A stretch of DNA of 64,000 nucleotides from Octopus vulgaris (Eukaryota): assembly GCA_951406725.2 (NCBI GenBank), contig OX597833.1, forward strand, positions 7,812,001-7,876,000. Direction: 5' to 3'. This document shows, in pieces, positions 46,061-61,759 of the stretch. The position numbers were made by a program, and so were the translations under genes. Within the stretch, counting starts at the first letter, position 1, and the number at the start of each line of letters is the position of its first letter. The notes below the pieces were generated by a model. It saw only the letters and a list, made by a program, of their open reading frames with translations. It was not told where the DNA came from and searched no databases.

Positions 46061-46711
46061 ATAAATCGAAAGGACGAATTCTGTTCAGGACTATGACAAT
46101 CGTGCGCATATCATTGACATCCCCAACCCAAGACCAAAACGCTTCTGGTGTTCCAGTAAATCAGATCCGGGACAATGTTCGCCTCGCTCCAATATATATT
46201 GTATGTTTGGCCCAACATGTCTATGAAGAGATGTTTTCTGAACCAAAACCATGTCACCATGTCTTTCAGTGGTGTATACATGTTAAGTGTGACATAGAGA
46301 CAACTATTCTAATTTAATGCTGTCTCAATTAATTACACCGAATTTTTTACGGCCCAACAAGCTTTCCACCATATCAGTGAATGCATTATTCACTATTTTC
46401 TGTATATGAAAGTGATGAATTCTCTTCAGGCATGTGACAAGCGGGTGAATGTCGTTGACAAGTCCCCGCAAAAGCTAAAATGCATCTGGTGTTCCTGTGA
46501 GACAGTACTGCGACAATGTTCGCCTCACTTCGATATATTTTGTGTTTTTAACCCATATCTATGAAAAGAATTTTCTCTGAGACAAAAATCACAGCATCAT
46601 GCCTTTCAGTGGTGTACATACGTCAAGTATGACACACAGATGGTTACTCTATTTTCATCCTTCTGGTGATAAAGCATCCCAGTCTACACATTTATAATTT
46701 TATATATAACA

Positions 46712-47187
46712 CTAGCAGTATCGCCCGGCGTTGCTCGGGTTTGTAAGGGAAATAACTATATAAGCATTTTTAGAGACTTACTTCCCTTATAGATGCCGAT
46801 TCGGGCTTTCTTAGCCATTTCTGTTTTGGTGTCTTCAAGCCATGGAGTCGTTGTTCTAAAAGAACGCTGGTCTCCTTGACAACGCATTACGACGTTGATT
46901 TCCTTACACTCCCTTCCTCACAGGTGCAGGTGTGAGCGTGGACGCCAACTCCGCCGCCATCGACACACGAAAAATTATGCATTAAAATGGAATAAAAAAT
47001 GATGTTAAATTATTTTTAAAATCGTAGACTCATCGTAGACGTGCGCTAATAGCCAGACGGGCTCGATATGAATCACGACTATAAGATACCCGGTTTTGGT
47101 TAAACTGCACCGCAAAATGTGGGAGTAGTTAGGAATCTAAATCGAAGGGGACAGACACTCACACAACTAGAGTTTTATATATATAGA
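46712..47187 (-). mobile_element. Non-autonomous Helitron family D
   Basis: Same TC...hairpin-CTAG termini as 33633-34269. Confidence 0.82.
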
Positions 47188-47509
47188 TATGTTCCTTTTA
47201 ATGCAGCCAGTTAGGAGAGTGGTTAGGGCGTCAGACAGATTGGTTTGCGATAGTCATTCGGAGTTCGAATCACACCGAGGTAAACTATACATTTCATCCT
47301 TTCAAGATCGATAAATAAATACTCAAATCTATAAACAATCTCACAGTTTCTGGAAATAGCCGGCTGTCGACAGATTTGGTGAGAGATAGATTGTGTAAGG
47401 TCTAAAACTGCCCAAGTATCGCTAGATGTCACGAAACTACTCCTACGATTCCTTCAGGGGTGGAGGTCACACAGAACGGCATACCTCTATTAATATTTCA
47501 TTTATTGTT

Positions 47510-47925
47510 AGGGCGGCGAGCTAGCAGATTCGTTAGCCCGTTCTGAGTTTCAATTCCACCTTGGTCGACCTTGCCGCTCATCCTTTCGGTGACGGTAAAA
47601 TAAGTACCAGTTGAATACTGGGGTCGATGTAATCGACTCAAATCCGTTCCCCCAAATTGCTGGTCTTATGCCAAAATTTGAAACCAATATTATTGTTCGT
47701 GTTAAAGTGGAGAGCTGGCAGAACCGTTAGCACGCCGGACCAAAGACTTAGCGGCATTTCTTCCGCCTTTACATCCTGAGTTCAAATTCCGCCGAGGTCG
47801 ACTTTACCTTTTATCCCTTTCGGGGGTCAACAAAATAAGTACCAGCTGAGTACTGTGGTCGATGTAATCCACTTAGCCCTTTCCCTCCCGAAATTACTGG
47901 CCTTGTGCAAAAATAGGAAACCAAA
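47510..47925 (+). mobile_element. Two tandem diverged SINE family B copies
   Basis: ggcggcgagctagcag.. and ggagagctggcagaaccgttagc..gagttcaaattccgccgaggtcgac. Confidence 0.7.
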
Positions 47926-48611
47926 TATTTATTTAATTATAATGAGAATTTACAAAAAAAAAAACAAAAGACGAAGACGGGTGTGTAAACAAGAAACAGA
48001 TGTATTGGTTCAACGCTCGGGAAGTGAGAAAGTCTTTCACGTTTCGAGGCAATATATTATCTCCAAGTTCTTCCACAATTCTCTTCAACCAAATTTGCCA
48101 AACATCTTGACTATTTCTAATTAAAATTATTAATTTGGGTGAACTAAAATTCACAGAATTCACCCCAAAACATCAACAAGTTAGTTGAACGCCAAACAAT
48201 ATAATTCTTTACTTTTTCACTTATTTTGTTGCGTGTGTGTGTGCGCGTATGTTTGTGTGTGCGTTCGCGTGTGTTTGTGTGCGCGTATGTTTGTGTGTGT
48301 GTGTGTGTGTGTGTGTTCTATGTGTGTTTATGTGTGTTTGTTTACACTTGTGTGTGTGTTTATTTACGCGTGTTTTGTCATTTTTCTCATTAGTTTTCAA
48401 TTAGCAATTAATTGTTACAATGAGTGTGTCCGTATGCATGTATGTGTTTGTGTGTGAGTGCATACATGAGTATGTACGCGTGTCTGCGCATGTGTAAACA
48501 AATATCAGCAGATTTGTGTATGCAGCCGTGCGTATATAGATGCATGTGTGTGCGTATGTGCATATTATGTGTGTGTAGGTGTCTGTGTGATGGGAAATCA
48601 GTTTAACCAAT

Positions 48612-48990
48612 AGGCGCAGGAGTGGCTGTGTGGTAAGTAGCTTGCTTACCAACTACATGGTTCCTGATTCAGTCCCACTGCGTGGCACCTTGGGCAAGTG
48701 TCTTCTACCATAGTCTCGGGCCGACCAAAGCCTTGTGAGTGGATTTGGTAGACGGAAACTGAAAGAAGCCGGCCGTATATATGTATATCTATATATATGT
48801 ATGTGTGTGTGTGTGTGTGTATATATGTTTGTGTGTCTGTTTGACCCCCAACATCGCTTGACAACCGATGCTGGTGTATTTACGTCCCCATTAGAATAAG
48901 TACTAGGCTTACAAAGAATAAGTCCTGGGGTCGATTTGCTCGACTGAAGGCAGTGCTCCAGCATGGCCGCAGTCAAATGACTGAAACGAA
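48612..48990 (+). mobile_element. SINE family A
   Basis: Full head, internal deletion. Confidence 0.85.
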
Positions 48991-49123
48991 CAAAAAAAAA
49001 GAAAGTCATTCCAGAATTTTCATTGTAAATTTGAAATCACAGTTTTTATCATAAAAATGCATTTATAGTTTTTAACATTGTAATAAGGCACTGTGTGTGT
49101 GACTATGTATGTATATATAACTT

Positions 49124-49183
<60 letters not shown>

Positions 49184-50177
49184 GTGTGTGTGTGTAGATA
49201 TTCATATATATGTATACATATATCTATGTTATGTGTGTGTGTATAACATATACACATATATAATATACATACATGTAGGTATTTATATATACACATATAT
49301 CTATGTTGTGCGTGTGTGTGTACCCCCCCTCCCGCAGACAGCCTGTTTATCACAGTCAGCCAGATTACCACTGACCTGAAATCGCATTGTTGTTAAATAA
49401 CCTTAACCTTAAACGAATAAACAATTTGACAGTCGTCAGCTTGAAATTGCAGAATGTATGTGTGTGTGTGCAAGCGCAGTATACCCGAATAGCTTGAAAA
49501 CACCCTTCGGGTTCCCTCTGCGTAGTTTTTTTAAAGCAAATATCTTTTTTTTATTGCCTCGGTTGAACCCAAACCTTGTGCGTAGACGGAAATTACATGG
49601 AAGCCCGTCGGGTGGGTTCTACCTGTAATATCAGACGTACAGCATTGTCACACACCATATTACGCTGTGTCACACTGTGTCACGCTGTGTCACATTGTGT
49701 TACGCCGACTCTACCCGAGAATGACCTTAAGGTGTTATTACAACTGTTAGTTTCACCAGGTTTAATACAGCGTATCTTCACCACTCCATGCTCCGTTCCC
49801 GCTGCCAGGCCATCTAACATTCTTAATCGACTTTAAGAGGATTAGCGGATGTAGCCTATTTCTTAAGATCATCTTTAATCCCTACAGCAGACGTACTAAT
49901 TAAAATGTTATCTCCCCTTAAGGATAATTCACATCCGGTTAAGGCATTTCTGTTATGCACGTGCGTGTGTATGTTTGCATTTTTATGTCTCTATGTCTAT
50001 ATTTATGTGCGTTTGTGTGCGTTTGAGTGTGTGTATGTATATGTGTATGTATATGTGTGTGTGTGTGTGTGTGTCCCTGTTGCATGTATTTTTGTGTGCA
50101 TGTATTTATATGTGTATGAATGGATATAAGTATACTTTGTGTGTGTGTGTGTGTGTGTGTGTATGCTTGAATATATG

Positions 50178-50620
50178 TTTCTTTATTACCCACAAGGGGC
50201 TAAACACAGAGAGGACAAACAAGGACAGACAAAGGGATTAAGTCGATTACATCGACCCCAGTGCGTGACTGGTACTTTTATTTATCGACCCCGAAAGGAT
50301 GAAAGGCAAAGTCGACCTCAGCGGAATTTGAATGCTTGAATATATCTGTTTGTTTGTTTCGTATATTTATGTATGTTTATTCAAGTGTGTCTCTGTTTAT
50401 TGGCGTGTTGTGTATATGTCAGTTTATATATGTGTTTATTTGTGTATGTGTGTGTGTATGCATTAATAATTGCATTGATAATTGCATATACGTATTACGT
50501 TTGTGTGTGTGTGTGTGTACGTTCTGAGTTCAAATTCCGTCGAGGTCGACTTTGCCTTTCATCTTTTTGGGATCGATAAAATAAGTACCAGATGTACACT
50601 GGGGTCGATGTAATCGACTA
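50178..50620. mobile_element. Two SINE family B fragments in opposite orientation (50178-50333 minus, 50519-50620 plus)
   Basis: Meta-like core in both. Confidence 0.7.
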
Positions 50621-51247
50621 CTCCGTCGACCCCGGCTCCCCACACCGCCAAATTTCAAGCCTTGACCCTTAAATAAAAAAGGTATTTACGTGTATGTATA
50701 CATGCGGATATAGGTGTGTGTTGCGTATAATTGCGTGTATATATGTGTGTTTGTGTGTGTATATATATTTGCGCCTATCTTGGTTTGTTGTATGTTTATG
50801 TGTTTTTGTGTATGTTTTGGTACTAGTGTTTGTGCTTATATGTCTGTGTGTGTACATGTGTGTGTGTGTGTGTGTGTGTGTATTTATTAATTGGCAGTCT
50901 CTGTTCATGTGTGTGTGTGCTGTATGTGCACGTGTATATGTGTGTGTGTTTATGATCGTTGTGTGTCAGTGTTCACGTTTGTTGGAGTATGGATGAGAGT
51001 GTATATGTGTGCGTGTGTGTGTGTGTATGTGTGTGTGTATTCATTATATAGTTAAATGTGAGTGTGCGTGCGTGGATGTATGTGTATGTGTGCGTATAGT
51101 ATGTGTGTTACGCGTGTAGAATGTGTATGTGTTTGTTTCTCTCTGTGAACGTTCGTGCATGTATGTGTTCGATTGTCTGTGCTTGGTTGTATGTGTACGT
51201 ATGCGTGTGAATTTCTCTCTCTCTCTCCCTCTCTCTCTCCCTCTCTC

Positions 51248-51278
<31 letters not shown>

Positions 51279-51431
51279 CTGTTCCTGTGCGTATGTGTGG
51301 GTTGGTGTGTGCGTGTGTGTATTTCTCTCTCCCTGTCCTTCACCGTCTCATTCTTTCTCTCCCTCTCACTCTCCGTCCCACCTGTTCTCTCTCTTTCTCT
51401 CTCCCTCCTTCTCTCTCTCTCTTTCTTCCCC

Positions 51432-51462
<31 letters not shown>

Positions 51463-53529
51463 CCTCCCTCTCAATATCTACGGTGTGTATTTAAGATGCC
51501 GTGATAAATTTGATAAAAGACCGCAAAACTCAAATGTCGAATACATAAACTCTTGGAATTGGTTCACAATTCTTCACAGCTAAAAATGGTTCTTGTTTGC
51601 TTTTCTGTTGTCTTCCTTTGTTATTTAAACTGCTTCAAGAAAATTACTGAATAAAAATTTTACACCCAATCTTTTCAAATGCTGCCGACATGATAGCATC
51701 AATCCAAAGTTGGCCACCATCAAAGGTCATCGAAGATGCAAAACTCTAACGTTCGGGGAGAAGGAAAAATGGCGTTGTTTGTGTGGTTGTGGTTGTTGTT
51801 GCTATTGCTGTAGACATCGTTGTCGTTGGTGTTGCTGTTGCTGTTATTGTCATTGTTCTTATCACTGCCGACGCTGTTGTCGTTGTTAGCGGTGGTGCTG
51901 GTGGTGGTGGTAGTGGCGGTGGTGGTGGTGATGGTGTTATTGTCGACGTCTTCGTTGTTGTTGTTGGTTGTTGTTGTTGTTGGTTGTTGTTGTTGTTGGT
52001 TGTTGTTGTTGTTGTTGTTGTTGCTAAGCAACAAGACGGGTAAGGGTGATGGTCTAGGGTTTAGGGGTGGGAGACCCCAGACCTTGGAAAAAATAACTTT
52101 GGTTGTCTTGTTGTAGTCGAGGGCTCTTCGTTGACGCCCGACACCACTGGGAGGTGGCCCTCGAAGTCGCTGGAAATGGAGATCTCCAGGTCCAAATTCT
52201 TGGATGGCAGCTGTTGTTGGTGGTGGTGATGGTTGAAGTATTTAGGCCCGGAAACCTCGATCGAGAGGACCCGTGACTAAAGGTTGCGCGGCTTCGGCCG
52301 CAACCATCTGCCTTTAATTCAGCCACTAAATTATAATTATTCCATGGTATTAATACAATAATTATGGTTTAAAGTTAATCGCCACATCAAATTGTCTGTT
52401 CCCTATTACTATTAGTTTAACCCCAGGCAGATCCTCCACCAGCTGGTTACCGGTGCAGCACTGCACCCTGTGCATGCACACATGTTACTAGCAGAAGAGT
52501 GAACCCCTACCATCTTCCGGCAGACAACGGGATCGCGAGACCCGTCGATATGACACGTTCTTTTGGAAATATACTCTTGCCACCATGGGTTAGGTCAGGG
52601 GTAGGCGAATGCGCCGTTGCAACACGTGGCTATATTCACCCATTTGTCGGCATATTCCCGGTTCCTCCCGGGCAACCCGTCAAGCAGAGTCCTGGTCAGT
52701 CCCCATCTCCGCCAGACACCTCTTCATCTGCCCTGACCGTGTGGTCGACCATCACGAGCCGTCAACCCAGCCGGACCCTCAGTGAAGAGAACACAGTAAG
52801 CAGGATCTAACTCGGAAAATCGATCAACATGGCCAAGCAGCAGTTTTATGATTGAGAGCGCCAGCTCATATTGTTAAGCTACCATGGGTAATATCAGGAA
52901 ATTTGACATACATACAATAATTATAACTGAACTTCCATAAAATCTCTTGGTATTTACGCAAAATGATGAAACGAATACTAATTTTCAAACAGAGAAATAT
53001 TTATTACTTCAAAATAAAATCAAATAAAATAATTTTCTCATTTGTGTATTTGCAATAAACATATTATTGTTCAGCTAAATTTTTACCAACATCGTCGCAA
53101 TCTATTCCACCGAAAAAAAAAAACTATCTCTGCAAAATTTCATTAATATGTATATTTTTCTGAAAGTTTTAATAATCAAAATATGTGGTACCGCACCGTG
53201 TTGGATTCCTCTCTCCTTCTCTCTCTCGCTCTATCACTCTCTCTTCCTCCTTCCCCTCTCTCTCACGAAGCCTAGTACATGCACCCAGTCTGCACTCAGC
53301 CTGCACTCAGCCTGTACTCAGCCTGCACTCTCTCCTGCTTCGTCTATACGACTCAAAGCGTAACAGGAGAACATCAACCAACCAACCGACCAACTAACAT
53401 TTGCGTCGGTTATTATTAAATTACATAATCCATTGCGCCCTTTCCTCGTTTAAGGTGTTAGGATATGATTTATGGAGATTTAGCTGGTGTGGTGTCAGGG
53501 GTTGTGTGGTGTTGCGCTGGAGTGGCATA

Positions 53530-53790
53530 ATGTTGCAGTGTTATTGTTGATGTTGTTATTGTTGTTGTTGTTATTGTTGTTATTGTTGTTTTGTTGTTGT
53601 TGTGGTGGTGGTGGTGGTGGTGGTGGTAACGGTGGCGGCGGCGGTGGTGGTGGTGGTAGTGGTAGTGATAGTGGTGGTAGTGGTGGTGGTGTTGTTGTTG
53701 GTGGTGGTTGTAGTAGTGGTAGTGGTGGTGGTGGTGGTGGTGGTGGTGGTAGTGGTGGTGGTGGCGGTGGTGGTAGTGGTGGTGGTGGTG
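53530..53790. repeat. (GTT)n/(GGT)n array
   Basis: Direct reading. Confidence 0.9.
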
Positions 53791-54306
53791 CTATGGTATC
53801 ACATGGTGATACTATACTCTTGAGGGTTTACTGGACTCTTGAGGGTTTACCTTTATAGGAGTACATTTACACATTACTCTAATGGCGTACTCTATAACAA
53901 AGTGCTCTGAATAAAACCAGAGAGGTCCATGTGACGACACAGGAAGTGGAAATGTAGAAGCGTGGGTGTTGTGTCTCGGAGAGGTTTGTGTATTGGTAAG
54001 AGGGGGTTGGCGTGGGGTTGAGGTTGGTTCGGTGCTCACCGGGATTAGAGATGAGGAGGGGCTGGTCAATTGCCCAGCGGGTTTGGTTTTTATTAGGGAG
54101 CAGCTGTGGTCTGTCTTCATGATGAGTGGGAAGGATCTGGTTCGGTGTGCAGTGAGGTCGTGTTAAACCCTTTCAGCCGAATGGGAGAGCTGTGTCGCAG
54201 AGGGAGCTCACTTAATAACGATAGGGGTCAAGTGGGGGTCAACGCTGAAGAGGGGCGGCGCATTGTGTCCATTGAAATATTCTACAACCAACGCAATTAC
54301 AACATA

Positions 54307-54375
<69 letters not shown>

Positions 54376-54605
54376 AATGAAAGGCGACAACGATAAAAAA
54401 GCAAGAATAAGGAGAGAATTGCATTGGAACTATGATAAGCAAACATGATTAAGAAGACCAGGATTAAGAGGTCGAACTTAATTAAAATTGGTTGATTACC
54501 CAGATCGATATTGTTTCACAACTGGGCAGATAACTGCTATTGCTATTATTGTTACCACTACCACCACAACAACAAGAATCACCACCGTCACCACTAGTAA
54601 TAATG

Positions 54606-54696
<91 letters not shown>

Positions 54697-54697
<1 letters not shown>

Positions 54698-55739
54698 TAG
54701 CTTACAAAACAACCACCATTGGACTGGCCAAATATCTCGAAATATCGAATGACTGGATGCTAAAGCTCGTGGAAAATCACGAGAGGCGAAAGAAGCTTCA
54801 TTCTATCATAAAGGAAAACAAAAAATTTGCTATTGATCTCGTGCAGGATACCCAAACTGAACAACCCGAGGGAAGTACGGCAACTATTGTTGCAAAGAAG
54901 GTGAAAATGATGGCAACGAAAAAAGATCAAAGCCTATTAACCCGGAACTACCAGGCCAATGTGATGAAAAATGGAGCAGACCCAAAATGCCGATTCTGCA
55001 ACGACATGATTGAAACAGTGGACCATCTAATCTCTGGATGTAAAGTCTTAGCACCAGTGGAGTATAAATTAAGACATGACAGAGTTGGCCAATATCTACA
55101 CTGGCTAATAAGTCGGCATTACAATATCAAAACTGCCGACAAGTGGTATAATCACCACCCTGAGGCTGTAACTGAAGGAGAAAATGTAACCATTCTGTGG
55201 GACTTTCCAGTACATACAGACCGAACCATCAAGGCCAATAAACCAGATATTGTTGTGAAAGACCAAAACAATAAAGTTTGCTTATTGATCGACATGAGCA
55301 TCCCCTGTGATCATAATATCTCAGCGAAAGAGTTTGACAAGCTCAGAAAATATAAAGACCTACTCATTGAAATTGAGAAAATGTGGCATCTCAAGGCGGT
55401 TACAATACCAGTGATCGTAGGAGCACTAGGAATGATCAAGAAGGGAACCGAAAATTATATGAGAATGATCCCTGGCTTGCCATCCCTGCAAGAAGTGCAA
55501 AAGATTGTCTTAACTGGTACATCACACGTATTGAGAAGAGCATTGTCGATGTGAGAACTGTTGCTGCTCATGTATTTTAATTTAACTTTAAAAAAATAAA
55601 TAAATAAATTTAAAAAAATGAACGAACTACTGAGTTTGGTTTAATGGCCTACCAATGTATACTATGAGTTTCTTTGCCCTAGGAGTCGGGAAGACACTCG
55701 GCAAGAAATGGAAGCAAATTTGAAAGAAGAAAAAAAAAG
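54697..55739 (+). mobile_element. R4/Dong-like RLE non-LTR retrotransposon, 5'-truncated, within a (TAA)n array
   Basis: ORF 54757-55554: CRFC..ETVDHLISGC zinc knuckle, RHDRV, ILWD..TDRTIKANKPDIV..LLIDMSIP..K..KYKDL (PD-D/ExK RLE), PVIVGALG; A-rich end; (TAA)n on both sides. Confidence 0.88.
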
Positions 55740-55767
55740 TAATAATAATAATAATAATAGTAATAAA

Positions 55768-55950
55768 AGATCGGTGCAAGTGTGAAGGTTGGACATCTAC
55801 AAATATCAGCCTTGCTTGGAACTGAAAGAATTCTTCGTGAGGTTCTTGAAGCATGACCAGTAAACAAGTGTCACCTTAGTCTGTTGGCTGTCGACAGCTG
55901 ACACTTTCCATCATACACAGCCAAATAAGCTGAGAGTTTTTATCAAATAA
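55768..55950 (+). mobile_element. Second R4/Dong-like 3' tip
   Basis: HLQISALLGTERILREVLEA* directly after (TAA)n and ending in taataa. Confidence 0.6.
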
Positions 55951-57329
55951 TAAAGGTTTCAATTTTGGCACAAGGCCAGCAATTTTAGACGGAAGAGTTA
56001 GTCGATACTATTGATTCCAGGACTTCACTAGTACTTTATTTTATCGACCTTGAAAGGATGAAAAGCAGTTTTAACACCGGAAGAAATATCACTAAACTTT
56101 TTGTCCGACGCCCTAACTATTCTGCCAGCTCATCACCCTAATAATAATACTGATGATGTTGATGATGATGATGAGGATGATGATGATAATGAGGATGAGG
56201 AGGAGGATAGCTGTTTACAAATTTTAGCACAAGGCTAGCTGTTTCGAGGGGTAAGTCGATTGCATTAACCCCGGTAATCAGCTGGTATTTATTTTATTGA
56301 CCTCCGAAAGAATGAAAGGCAAAGTTGACCTCGGCGGAATTTGAACTCAGAACGAAGTGCTCCTGTGCTTTTTATCCGATGCATTAACGGTTTTGCCAAC
56401 TCACCATCCGAATAATAATACTGAGATGATGACAATGATGATGATGATGATGCGAAGGAGGAGGAAGAGGGAGGAAATTAATCATGGAGCCTAGAGAAAG
56501 AGTAGAAGATACCATAGAAAAACCAGGGGAAGATAGAATGGGAAAAATGAAACAGCAGAAAGAATATGGAAAACAAATTGAAAATGGAAAGGAATGATCA
56601 GAGTTAATTAACAAATGTAATTAACTAGAGATTAGTTTTAAAAAAGGTTTTAATTGAAAAACCCTAAAAAGTGAAATCTAAATACTAATTAGAAACATGA
56701 TAGAATATAACATTGAGGAATGCGGAATGGTGGTCTGCAAGAAGGGAGGTGTGGAGAATGTATTCGGTGTGATGGAGGAATTCTTGATCTTACCAAATTC
56801 GAAAACAAAACGAAGAGAAAGAATCATCTGATAAGAGAAAATTCTTTGCATAAGTCTGGTTATCTGGGTAAGAAGTTTGCTTTGTAATTACGTAGCTTCC
56901 GGTTCGATTTTGCTACACGGTACCTTGGAGCAAACATCGTTTACCTTACTTTGGGAATGAACAAATCCTTGTCAGAGGAATTTAGTAAATGGAAACTAAA
57001 ATATTTACTGTTGGATAACAAAAAATCCAGTAAATAAGATTAAGAAAACGAACAAAAACACACGCAACATAACTGTTTAAGTCTTGAAAGAAACCCCCAA
57101 AACTGCAGAAGAGAGACTCAAATGATTAAGTATGGGAAAGGAGAAACTAGCAGACATTGTGAAAAAGAAAAAAAGAAAGAAAGAGAGAATAAGGAAAGTG
57201 TAAGGTAAATATGAATCTTCTGAATGCAAAAGCGATGGCAAGTAGAAGCCTCTCCATGGCCAATACCAGAATAAAACTGAAAAGGGTGGAAATAAAGATG
57301 CCAAAATGAAAAATTCCATTCTGATTGAG

Positions 57330-58050
57330 AAGGGTGAGACAAAAAGCTGAAACCGAAAGACTGTTGATTACAGTATAAGATCGAAACCTTCCCACCAGAA
57401 TCCATCAAAATCATTGCAGGAGATGTAGAGATTGTGAAAAAACGATTAATGATGCTGTCTGTGGTTGCCCAGTCTTTGGCGAAAACAGGATAGATCCATA
57501 AACATAACAGAGCTGTGACTTACATACACTGGAAGTTGTGCCAACATCATAAAATATCGAGAGAAAAGAGATGATAGGGGCACACAGCAAAAAGGTGTGA
57601 GAGAGTGACAAAACAAGGGTAATCTTGGATTTGACTTTAGGCACAGAGAGGTGAATGCCAAGAGACTGGGTATCGGGATTAGGGATTATCCGAGAAAGAA
57701 ATGCCTGTTAATCGAACCCCTACAGATGATAATATATTTCTGAAAGAAATGGAGAACTTAACAAAATATAGGATATTGAAATAGAAATAACCAGAATGCT
57801 GGGCCTTGAGAACTGAAACAATTCTTATAACAATAGGTGACTTGGAAATGGTTAACATCCATGCGGACATATACATGACCAACACCCCGAGACTTACATA
57901 ATAGGTACAACATTGAGAAAATTGAATTACTGTACACTAGATACGTATTGTATAGAAGAGTTTCAATATAATGAAAGGTACAAAACCGAAACAAATACCA
58001 TACAGACCCAGAATGCATAGAACTGCACTTAGAAATGCAATGAAAACAAC
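57330..58050 (+). pseudogene. Old degenerate R4/Dong-like 3' region
   Basis: CRRCRDCEKTINDAVCGCPV, HNRAVTYIHWKLCQHH, DIEIEITRMLG, ITIGDLEM; followed by (AAT)n 58052-58180. Confidence 0.6.
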
Positions 58051-58084
58051 CAATAGTAATAATAATAATAATAACAACAACAAC

Positions 58085-58184
<100 letters not shown>

Positions 58185-58569
58185 TAGAAAAGCAGAAAAT
58201 GCTAATGATGATGATGACGATGATGGCAAAACAGAATTGTATTGTGAAAGCAGTTGCTTTGAAAACTGTTTAGTTTTGGTCAGGCAAATAGAGGAGCCCA
58301 TTGTAGTGCCACAGGGTTGAACAATAAATCGGTGATACTCAACAGTATAGAGGCCGAACCCTTTGCTTCTTTACACTAGAAATATGCTGGTTCTTCGCCA
58401 TTCTTCCCAGCGAAATCTGTAATTTAATTTAGTGTCAATGTGTGTTTGTTATTTACTGGGTTTCACCGGACATTAATGGCACAAATGGTAAATTTACTTC
58501 GTATGGTGCCAACTTCTTTTTTTTTTTTCATTGGTTCTTTTCAATTTTATAAAGGAGCAATTATTATCA

Positions 58570-59380
<811 letters not shown>

Positions 59381-59829
59381 TTTTTTCTTTTATTTAATAC
59401 ATTTTTTGATGTTGTTGTTGTTGAAGGTTCTTTTTTTCCATGGTGATAATGTATCAGTAATTATTCTATAGAGACATTGTCAATGAGTCATAGAGGCGGC
59501 CTCGGGTGGGGGATGTTAAAGCGCGCAGAATAACAGATAACGTGCGGCAACAACAGCATAAAGAACAGTAATTGTGGAGGAGATGGGGGTGGGTGGGCAT
59601 GGGTGGGGTGGTTGTGGTGGTGGTGGGAATGGGTAGGGTGGGGGTTGTGGTGGTGGTGGTGTTGCTGTTGTGGGAGTAGAGGAGGTGGTGTTGCTATGAT
59701 AATTGTCCCTGTCAAGTGCACTTACGCCACATACCCGATATCCACTCAATCCACCCGTAGTACGCAGTGTGGACTGCTACCCTCTTGTTGTCACACCCGG
59801 TTAAACAAACCCATTATACACAAAACCTG

Positions 59830-59982
59830 TTGCACAAACACACATACAGACGCGCGCGCACGCACACACGCCCACACATAAATACACAGTGGCACACACA
59901 TGGACACACACGCATATACACACACATATATAAAGTTATATGTGTATATATATATATATACAAACACATGTATATATATGTA

Positions 59983-60064
<82 letters not shown>

Positions 60065-60880
60065 CGCATACATGCACCCATATACACACACTTGTATACA
60101 TACACAGACTCATAGATACACGCATATATACGTATGTACATATATATGTGTGTATATGCACATACATACATGCACGGATGGACACTCATGCATGTATGCA
60201 CAATCAAATGCACACGAAAGCGTATAAGCAAGTGCATACATCATACAAGCACACACACACACACACACGTATATAAACAGTAAAGTGTGCGCGCGCACAC
60301 ACTCTCAAACGCACACGAAAAGACACGTACACGCACTCACACACTCGCACACACATTTACACACACACACGCACGCACGCTCACACATATTCACACACAC
60401 TCACACACACACACATTCATAGACTCACATACATTCATACACACACTCACACACACACACATACATAAACACACACACTCACACACGCACGCTCACACAC
60501 ATTCACGCACACGCACACACACATTCACACACTCACACACATACACACACACACACACACACTCACATACGCACGCTCACACACATTCACACAACTCACA
60601 CACACACACATTCATACACTCACACACATTCATACACACACACACACACACACTCATATACGCACGCTCACACACATTCATACACACACACATTCATACA
60701 CTCACACACATTCATACATACACTCACACATACACACACACACACTCACATACGCTCGCTCACACACATTCACACACAACTCACACACACACACATTCAT
60801 ACACTCATACACATTCATACACACACTCACACACACACTCACACACGCACGCTCACACACACTCACACACATTCACACTA
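59830..60880. repeat. (TA)n/(CA)n degenerate microsatellite field
   Basis: Direct reading. Confidence 0.9.
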
Positions 60881-61627
60881 TTAAAGCTCAAGAATTAAAC
60901 ACTTCGTACAACAATAACAACATCAGCAACCGAGAGAAAGTGAAAAATAGGCGGGATTCTTTATCAGTTTCCAGTTCAGTAAACAACGTATTTAAAACGT
61001 GGAAAAATCGATAATTGCAGAGGAGATAGTGTGAGGAAGGGGGGATAGAGGGAGAGTAAGAGGAGAAGGCATGAGGGAAAGGGGGGGAGAGGATGGGAGA
61101 CGGGAGTGGGGAGGAGAGGACGTTGCTGATCAGCAACAGTTATATCGATTTACTTGGTTGTCATAAGACAACGCCACCGCCGCCGCCAATATATTTTTAG
61201 GGGTGTGGTGTTATTGATTGATTGAATCCACCACCGCCACCCAGTACCTCAAAATCCCTCCACCACCATCATAAACACACCACCCGCCGTCACCATCGCC
61301 AACACACCACCACTAGAACTCCCCCCACCTTAGTAACCCTCCACCAGAACAGCAACCCACTCCCACCATCGACACCTCACCACCACGACCACCAATACTC
61401 CATCACCCCCTGCTACCCACCAGCCAAGTTCAAAGGCAGAAAATCAACCACTGTAGGATTCGAAATCCCGACATCCAGTGCCGTATGTAAGCAATTTATG
61501 GCATTTCGTCCGACGCTCCACCGATTCTGTCGTCCACCAACTTTATTGTTTCAAATTTTAACACAAGGTCAGCGTGGTCGCTGTCCAATGACTGGAACAA
61601 GTAAAAGAATTAAACAATGTATGCGAG

Positions 61628-61714
<87 letters not shown>

Positions 61715-61759
61715 CATATGTACGTACGCACACACATGCATTTATTGTAATGAACACTA

